A DNA stretch of 64,000 nt, taken from assembly GCA_964407925.1 (NCBI GenBank), contig CAYOXM010000004.1, forward strand, positions 12,389 through 76,388, in the 5' to 3' direction. Origin of the DNA: an uncultured Gammaproteobacteria bacterium. GTDB lineage: Bacteria; Patescibacteriota; Patescibacteriia; SG8-24. Shown here one piece after another: positions 58,069 through 64,000 of the stretch. Positions within the stretch are counted from its first letter, which is position 1. The number at the start of each line of letters is the position of its first letter. The position numbers and the translations under genes were made by a program. Below the pieces are notes generated by a model. It did no database searches and was not told the DNA's origin. It saw only the letters and a list, made by a program, of their open reading frames with translations.

Positions 58069-60228
58069 TCATTTGGCAGGTCGGACCTTGAGGGTCCAAC
58101 CGTCGTGAAGGAACGGGGTGCGAAGCGAGCCGTCGCCGCACGTACCGCCCTTCGTGCGGAGGCACAGGCGGTGCGGGCCGAGCCGGGCGAAGAACGTCAT
58201 CTTCATCCCGGGAAGGACGCTGCCGAGATCCTCCCCGTCGATGACCACCGTGAGTTCCGCCTTGCCATCGACGTTGTCGACGGTGAAGCGGATCTTCCGC
58301 CCCTTGTCGGGTTCGATCTGCGGCGTGAACGGCATCGAGTACTGCGGCGGCTTGACCTCCGGCAGCGTGACGCGCCGGTCGGCGTCCCTCTTCGCCACCG
58401 CCTCAAGCGTCGAGGCAGTGAGCGGGCCGTCGTACGTCTCGCACTTGTACTGACGGTAGAGCGGCAGGAGGACGTTGTTGAACGACCCGCGCATCTCGCG
58501 CACGTCGCGTTCGGCCTTCGCCGTCGCGTCGAGCACCGCCTTCATCGCGTCCGCCTCGTCCGGCGTGAGCGCCGCACCCTCGCCGCCGCGCCCCGCTTTC
58601 GCGATGCGCGCCGACATGTGCGCGAGCCACGTCCCGAGTTCGGCGTGCCGCTTGCCCTGCTCCCTTGCGAGGAGCGCGGACGATGCGGCCGCGCCGTCGA
58701 GGCAGCCCTTTTCCTTGTTGAGGTGCAGGTCGAAAACCGCGTCGTTCGTCGCCTTCTGGAAAGTCGCTCTCGCGTCCTCCATCGTGCCGACGGTCGCCGT
58801 GCTTTCGATGATCGCCCTCAGAAGCTCCTCGCCCCCGAGCGGACCGTTCGCCTGCGTCTCGCCGTCGAGTATCGCGCGGAGCCGAGGATCATCCGGCGCG
58901 AGCCGGGCCGCCTCCTTGTACTCCTTGAGCGCCTCCTTGGCATCGCCGGCCTGCGTCCGCAGGTCGCCACGGAACTTGCGCAGCCGCGCTTCCTTGGGGA
59001 AGCGAGCGAGCGCCGAACCGAGGGCGTCGTACGCGGCATCGCGGTCGCCGGCGGCGCGCAGGCATGCGGCCTCGAGGAACACGACGTTGACATCGCCGGG
59101 AACGAGCTTGGCGACCTCGTGCAGCTCGCCGGCGGCGTCGCGGTAGCGACGGTAACCGGCGTAGAGCGTGGCGAGCTCGCGGCGTGCCTCGACGTGCGTC
59201 GGCCAGAGCGTACGGGCGTCCTCGAAGGCGATGATCGCCTTCGGTTTCAGCTCGAGCGCGATGAGCGACATGCCGAGCCAGTACCGCGTGTCGCCGTCGA
59301 ACGGCCGGACCCCGGCCGCGCGTTCGAGGTATCCTCGGGCGATGTCGGGATTCTTCTCGTGGAGCTCGAGCTTGCCGAGCGCCACGAGCGACCGCACGTC
59401 CTTGGGACGCTTCTCCACCGCGAACTCGTAGTGGAGCCGCGCCAGGCGGCGCTTGTCCGCCTCCTCGAGGAGGTGAGCGTAAAAGCGCTGCGCTTCGGCG
59501 TGCGCGGGATCGATGCGCACCGCGACCTCGGCCATGCCGAGCGCGGTGTCACCGCTGCCGTCGTCCTTGTCCGCGAAGTAGCGGACCAGGGCGCGCGAGT
59601 ACTTCAGGAACGCGAACGCGTCTCCCGTCGGCGGCGTTTCGACGGCTTTCGCCGTCTCCGCCGCGAGCGGGTGACCGCCTGCGGCGAACGCGTCCGCGAC
59701 GGCTTTCGCGAAGAGCGCCTGTACGCGCGCCTGGGACTGCGTGCGAACCGTCCGTCCCGACGCGGTCTTCACCTCGTCGGTGAGATCGCCGGACGCCGTT
59801 CCGCTGCCGACGAGCCTCGCGCCTTCGGGGCGCGCTTCGTAAAGCTCGACGACGAACGTCCACTGCCACGTCTGACCGCTCATGCGGCCGGTGAGGAAGT
59901 GGGTCGCGCCGCGCGACGCGGCGAGCGCGTTCGCGGCGGCGACGTCGAACGGCGTCCCCGCCGCAGGGTACAGTCGCGCCTGTTCCTTCGTCAGGATCAG
60001 CGGACCGTTCAGCGGTTCGACGCCAGGATCGTCCTCGAGCCGTTCCGCGACGATCGCGGGAAGGCCCGTCGCGAGCGCCGAGAGCGACCGCGCCGCCGCC
60101 CCGTTCTGGAGCGGCGTCACGAGCAGCTTGATGCGCGTCGCGGGGACGGCCGGTTGCGCCTTGGCGACATGGACGTCCAAGACGAACGTAAAGAGCAGTA
60201 CGCAAAGAAACAGGATCAGCTTGCGCAT
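58069..60228 (-). CDS. Secreted TPR protein with N-terminal TolB-N/CsgG-like domain
   Basis: Signal peptide, an alpha/beta domain (LLVTPLQN...GATHFLTG...VELYE), several TPRs and a C-terminal beta domain; GGAGG SD. Confidence 0.8.
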   Translation of the reverse strand: MRKLILFLCVLLFTFVLDVHVAKAQPAVPATRIKLLVTPLQNGAAARSLSALATGLPAIVAERLEDDPGVEPLNGPLILTKEQARLYPAAGTPFDVAAANALAASRGATHFLTGRMSGQTWQWTFVVELYEARPEGARLVGSGTASGDLTDEVKTASGRTVRTQSQARVQALFAKAVADAFAAGGHPLAAETAKAVETPPTGDAFAFLKYSRALVRYFADKDDGSGDTALGMAEVAVRIDPAHAEAQRFYAHLLEEADKRRLARLHYEFAVEKRPKDVRSLVALGKLELHEKNPDIARGYLERAAGVRPFDGDTRYWLGMSLIALELKPKAIIAFEDARTLWPTHVEARRELATLYAGYRRYRDAAGELHEVAKLVPGDVNVVFLEAACLRAAGDRDAAYDALGSALARFPKEARLRKFRGDLRTQAGDAKEALKEYKEAARLAPDDPRLRAILDGETQANGPLGGEELLRAIIESTATVGTMEDARATFQKATNDAVFDLHLNKEKGCLDGAAASSALLAREQGKRHAELGTWLAHMSARIAKAGRGGEGAALTPDEADAMKAVLDATAKAERDVREMRGSFNNVLLPLYRQYKCETYDGPLTASTLEAVAKRDADRRVTLPEVKPPQYSMPFTPQIEPDKGRKIRFTVDNVDGKAELTVVIDGEDLGSVLPGMKMTFFARLGPHRLCLRTKGGTCGDGSLRTPFLHDGWTLKVRPAK

Positions 60229-60327
60229 GGCTACCCTCCTCCGGGTCGGTAGCTGGCTCCAGCAACCGTGGGTTTGAGCCGATTTCGGTCTATCAAGGTT
60301 TCCCGCGGGCGTCAATCGAAAAATAGA

Positions 60328-60357
60328 AATCGAGCCGCAGTACTGCGGCTCGAATTT
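60328..60357. terminator. Hairpin terminator
   Basis: TCGAGCCGCA-GTAC-TGCGGCTCGA. Confidence 0.7.
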
Positions 60358-60377
60358 CGGCCAATCTCCGCATCGTT

Positions 60378-61580
60378 TTAGGCGACCTTCCGGCGCCGGA
60401 CGAGGCAGACGAAAGACTTCAAGTAGGCGGATTCGGGGAAATAGACGGAGAGTGGATGGTCGGCGGACTGACGTACCGTTTCAAGGATGCGGAGATCGAC
60501 GCCAGCCTGCACCGACGCGCGCCGCAGGATGAAAGCGAGGTCCTCTTCAGGAAGGAAGTGCGAGCAGCTCGAGGTGACGAAGATGGCACCGTCCTCGGCG
60601 AGACGCAGCGCGGCGCGATTCAGAAAGTGGTAGGCCTTTTTCCCCTCTTCCGCGTCCTTGCGGCTCTTGATGAGCGCCGGAGGGTCGAGGATGATCATGC
60701 CGAAACGCTCGCCCGCCTTGTCGGAGAGGAACTGGAAGGCGTCCGCCTCGACCGTCGTGAACTTTTCCGGCGCGACCCCGTTCGCTTGGGCATGCGCCGC
60801 GCATGCGGCGAGTGCGGACGCGGAAGAGTCGACGTTCACGACCTCGTCCGCGCCGCCCTTGATGGCGGCGACGCCGGTCGCGCCGCCGTACGAGAACAGG
60901 TTCAACGCGCGACGCCCCCTGGCGTACCGCGCGACGACGGCGCGGAGATCCTTCTGATCGAGGAAAAATCCCGTTTTCTGTCCCTCCTTCACGTCGACCG
61001 CGAAATGCATGCCGCGCTCGTCGAAGACGACATTCTCGGGGAGCACGCCGTACCGCAGGCCGACCTCGTCGTGAAGCCCCTCTTCCTTGCGCACGGCGAT
61101 GTCGCTCCGCTCATAAATGGCGACCGGCGAAAAAACCTCGACGAGGGCGGTCACGACGTCGTCGCGCAGCCGGTCCATGCCGGCGGTCGAAAGCTGGATG
61201 ACGATGACGTCGTCATAACGGTCGACGACGAGGCCTGGGAGGCCATCCGCCTCGCCGAACACGACGCGGTAGCCGGTCGTGTCCGTGTCGGGGCCGAGGC
61301 CGACCAAACGACGCGCGGCATCGGCTTCCTTTATGCGCGCCTTGAGAAAGGCGGCGTCGATGACGGCGTTCTCGAAGGCGAACAGCCGGACGGCAATGGA
61401 CGATTTGGCCGAGTATGTACCCGTGCCGACGATGGCGCCGTCGGGACCGGCGACGTTGATGATTGCCCCATGTTCGACGTCGTCAGGACGACGCTCAAGC
61501 GCGCCCGAGAAGATCCACGGGTGCTTGAAGGCGGCATTCGCCATCTTGGTTTTCTGAAGCGTCGCGACGGGATAGGACAT
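60378..61580 (-). CDS. RlmI-like class I SAM-dependent rRNA methyltransferase
   Basis: PUA domain HPWIFSG, EADGLPG, GQKTGFFLDQ, LNLFSY, LDPP and TSSCS. Confidence 0.92.
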   Translation of the reverse strand: MSYPVATLQKTKMANAAFKHPWIFSGALERRPDDVEHGAIINVAGPDGAIVGTGTYSAKSSIAVRLFAFENAVIDAAFLKARIKEADAARRLVGLGPDTDTTGYRVVFGEADGLPGLVVDRYDDVIVIQLSTAGMDRLRDDVVTALVEVFSPVAIYERSDIAVRKEEGLHDEVGLRYGVLPENVVFDERGMHFAVDVKEGQKTGFFLDQKDLRAVVARYARGRRALNLFSYGGATGVAAIKGGADEVVNVDSSASALAACAAHAQANGVAPEKFTTVEADAFQFLSDKAGERFGMIILDPPALIKSRKDAEEGKKAYHFLNRAALRLAEDGAIFVTSSCSHFLPEEDLAFILRRASVQAGVDLRILETVRQSADHPLSVYFPESAYLKSFVCLVRRRKVA

Positions 61581-61659
61581 AGGCGTGCGAAAAAATATTC
61601 GTGAATGACGGTCGAGCGTAGCACGCTCCGTCGCCCCGGTCAATGGCGGCACCGCCTCC

Positions 61660-62202
61660 TCAGGATTTCCTCGCCTGTCGCGAGAGCACGGCGATTTCCA
61701 CGGCGACGAGCGCCGCCGCGAGCGCGTACAGCGCAGGAAACGACCGCTCCTGCGCGCCGTCGCCCGGGCTCGCGCCCCCTTCGGTGACAGACGCGGCGAC
61801 CACGGTGAGCGGGAAGGTCTGTTCCGCCATCGTCTCGCCTGCGACATCGAGAAACCGCGCGGCGAGCTCGTACTCCCCCGCCGCCGGGAACGTCTGCGTG
61901 AACGTCACGTTCCTGCCGAACGCGCGCAGCGTTCCCGCGAAAGCGATCTTGTCGCCCGAGGAAATCCGCACCCAGACGCTGCCGAAGTCCGCCGCCTTGT
62001 CCGCGTCCTTGTCGACGAGATTGAACGCCAGCGCGGCCGGCTCGCCCGCGACGAACGTCTCGGGCGACCAACCGACGTCGATGAGGTACTTTCCGACCGC
62101 GGCGTCTGCGCCGCCGGCCATGTGCGCCATCGTCGCCGCGGGCATGAAAACGGCCGTCATCGCGCACGCCGCCGCCGCGACCATGGTGAGAATTTTCAGC
62201 AT
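61660..62202 (-). CDS. Exported protein with C-terminal membrane anchor
   Basis: Signal peptide ending TMA^HM, an Ig-like segment (FPAAGEYEL) and a C-terminal TM helix with basic tail. Confidence 0.7.
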   Translation of the reverse strand: MLKILTMVAAAACAMTAVFMPAATMAHMAGGADAAVGKYLIDVGWSPETFVAGEPAALAFNLVDKDADKAADFGSVWVRISSGDKIAFAGTLRAFGRNVTFTQTFPAAGEYELAARFLDVAGETMAEQTFPLTVVAASVTEGGASPGDGAQERSFPALYALAAALVAVEIAVLSRQARKS

Positions 62203-62246
62203 ACTGCGGCATGATAGCGCGGAGCCGCGCTTCGCGGAAGTCGCGG

Positions 62247-62804
62247 CTACCCGCCGTCAGGCCCGTTCTCCTTGAGCAGTTCCGCGAAACGCTTCTTGGC
62301 CTTCGCGAGCTTGGGGTTGATGACGACTTGGCAGTATGGTTCGTCCTTGTTGTTGGCGTAATAATTCTTATGGTAGTCCTCGGCGGGATAGAACGCCGCT
62401 AGCGGCTCGAGCGAGGTCACGATCGGGTCGCCGCCGGGATGATCCTTCTCAAGCCCGGCGATGAACGCCGCGGCAGCCGCCCTCTGTTCCTCGTCGACGT
62501 AGAAAACCGCTGAACGGTACTGCGTGCCGACGTCGTTTCCCTGACGATTGAGCGTCGTCGGGTCGTGCGTCGCGAAAAACACGGAAAGCAGGTCATCGAA
62601 CGCGATGAGCCCCTCGTCATACGCGACGCGAATGACTTCGGCGTGACCGGTGCGTCCCGTGCACACTTGGTCGTACGTCGGATTCGGCACCGTGCCCCCG
62701 GCGTATCCCGGTTCGACCGCCGTGACGCCGCGCAGCATCTTGAAAATCGCCTCAGTGCACCAGAAGCAACCGCCGCCGAATACCGCCTGTTTCGTTTCGC
62801 TCAT
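62247..62804 (-). CDS. msrA: Peptide methionine sulfoxide reductase A
   Basis: GGGCFWC, GHAE, QYRS and AEDYH. Confidence 0.97.
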   Translation of the reverse strand: MSETKQAVFGGGCFWCTEAIFKMLRGVTAVEPGYAGGTVPNPTYDQVCTGRTGHAEVIRVAYDEGLIAFDDLLSVFFATHDPTTLNRQGNDVGTQYRSAVFYVDEEQRAAAAAFIAGLEKDHPGGDPIVTSLEPLAAFYPAEDYHKNYYANNKDEPYCQVVINPKLAKAKKRFAELLKENGPDGG

Positions 62805-63571
62805 AATCCGAAAATCCTTACCGCGTTCTTAGAGAATACGTCCGCGTCGGCGCCGAAAACCTTCTTCGCGACGGCGACGTATGACGACTGATCGCTGATG
62901 GGCCAATCGGTCCCGAAGAGCAGCCTGTCCGTGCCTCCAGCGACGCGAACGAAATCGCGAACGACATCGGCGAAATGCGCGCGATGTTTCGCGTCGAACG
63001 CCCCGTAGACGAATCCGGAACAGTCCGCGTGAACGTTCTTGTTCTTATACACCACCTCGGCCGCGTCGATCTGCCACGGGTAGCCCATGTGCGCTATTAC
63101 GATGGGCAGTTCGGGCATTTCGGTCGCGATTTCGTCGACGTGCAGCGGGTGCGCGAAACGCAGCTTGGCGACGTGCACGCGGCTGTACGTGTCGCCGCTG
63201 TGAAAAATCGCCGGCCGCTTGAATTCGGCGAGCAGCTTCAGGTACGGACGCAGCACCTTGTCGTACGGGTAGAAATACTCGTATCCGGGATAAAATTTCA
63301 TGGCGTGAATTTGCCCCTTCTCGAGCCAGCCGCCGACGGTCTTGAGCGAGGGCCGTTTCGCGAGCGGCGAAATCGCGCCGACGGGAAAAAGCCTGTCGCG
63401 GTACGACGCGACCGCCTCGATGAGCGCCTCGGTCGAGCATTGGTTGATGCGTCCCGCGAACACCATTGCCTTCGCGATGCCGGCTTTTCGCATCGACGCG
63501 ACGAGCGAAGCCGGCCGCGCGTCGATGGCGCCGCCGAACCCGATGTGCACGTGACTGTCGATGATGAGCAT
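62801..63571 (-). CDS. Amidohydrolase_2 family metallohydrolase
   Basis: IDSHVH, FHSG, IAHMG and LFGTDWP. Confidence 0.92.
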   Translation of the reverse strand: MLIIDSHVHIGFGGAIDARPASLVASMRKAGIAKAMVFAGRINQCSTEALIEAVASYRDRLFPVGAISPLAKRPSLKTVGGWLEKGQIHAMKFYPGYEYFYPYDKVLRPYLKLLAEFKRPAIFHSGDTYSRVHVAKLRFAHPLHVDEIATEMPELPIVIAHMGYPWQIDAAEVVYKNKNVHADCSGFVYGAFDAKHRAHFADVVRDFVRVAGGTDRLLFGTDWPISDQSSYVAVAKKVFGADADVFSKNAVRIFGL

Positions 63572-63634
63572 GGCGAAAGTATACAGCCGCGAACGCGCCG
63601 TGAAAAGAAAAAATCCGCCGACGGGCGGACGTTC

Positions 63635-64000
63635 TCAGGCGGCGAGCGGGCGCGGCAACCAGACGGACAGCGCATCGGGAACGCGGAGCGCCCCGGCCGA
63701 ACCGGCGGCCGCGATGGCGGCGCGCATGCACTGGTACTCGACCGCGAAGTCGTGCGTGCCCGCGCACCAACCGACGGGATCGGCGGAGGCGGCGCGAATC
63801 ACGTCTTCGGGCGAGAGCCAGCGGAACTCGTCCACTTCGCCCGGCTGCGGGACGAGCGTGGCGTCACGGTCGGCGACGGTGACGAACTCCCGCACCCAAA
63901 GGCGCGCGTTCTCGAGGCGCGTGGTGCGCCACGAAAGCAGCGTGCCGCCGGCAGGCGCGATGCCAGCCTCCTCGTACAGCTCCTTCTCGGCGTTCGTCTC
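63635..64000 (-). CDS. Nudix hydrolase (IPP-isomerase-like), 5' end outside the window
   Basis: Frame open to the window edge: ...NAEKELYEEAGI...QPGEVDEFRWLS. Confidence 0.75.
   Translation of the reverse strand, partial: ETNAEKELYEEAGIAPAGGTLLSWRTTRLENARLWVREFVTVADRDATLVPQPGEVDEFRWLSPEDVIRAASADPVGWCAGTHDFAVEYQCMRAAIAAAGSAGALRVPDALSVWLPRPLAA

Overview
A high-GC bacterial chromosome segment in the standard genetic code (TGA is used as stop), with most genes on the minus strand. Gene content and style point to a Patescibacteria/CPR (Parcubacteria-like) genome; this is inferred, not tested. From left to right: lgt, an ABC1/UbiB kinase, a membrane-anchored HEPN-like protein, gatCA and ligA. Next is a ~11 kb secretin-less type IV pilus locus (pilMNO, pilB, response regulator, pilC, two near-identical major pilins, pilD, four minor pilins) preceded by two large Cys/Asp-repeat secreted proteins. 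Then come rnhA, recJ, lepA and murJ, a fermentation module (four-subunit 2-oxoacid:ferredoxin oxidoreductase, mgtE, PduL, ackA), RNA methyltransferases and era. A ~16 kb accessory block (43.9-60.3 kb) has different expression signals. It carries a complete NAD(P) salvage cluster (nrtR with a visible operator, pncA, a NadD-NadK fusion, a GNAT, pncB, a plant-type class II PRPP synthase, nadE), a papain-like lipoprotein, two paralogous unknown proteins and a TPR protein next to a class A PBP. Non-coding highlights are a dispersed family of hairpins built from 7/8-mer tandem repeats (some inside coding sequence), perfect DnaA boxes at two promoters and widespread leaderless-type starts. No rRNA, tRNA, CRISPR array or transposase was recognised. 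Start codons were re-chosen by eye where the ORF track was over-extended.
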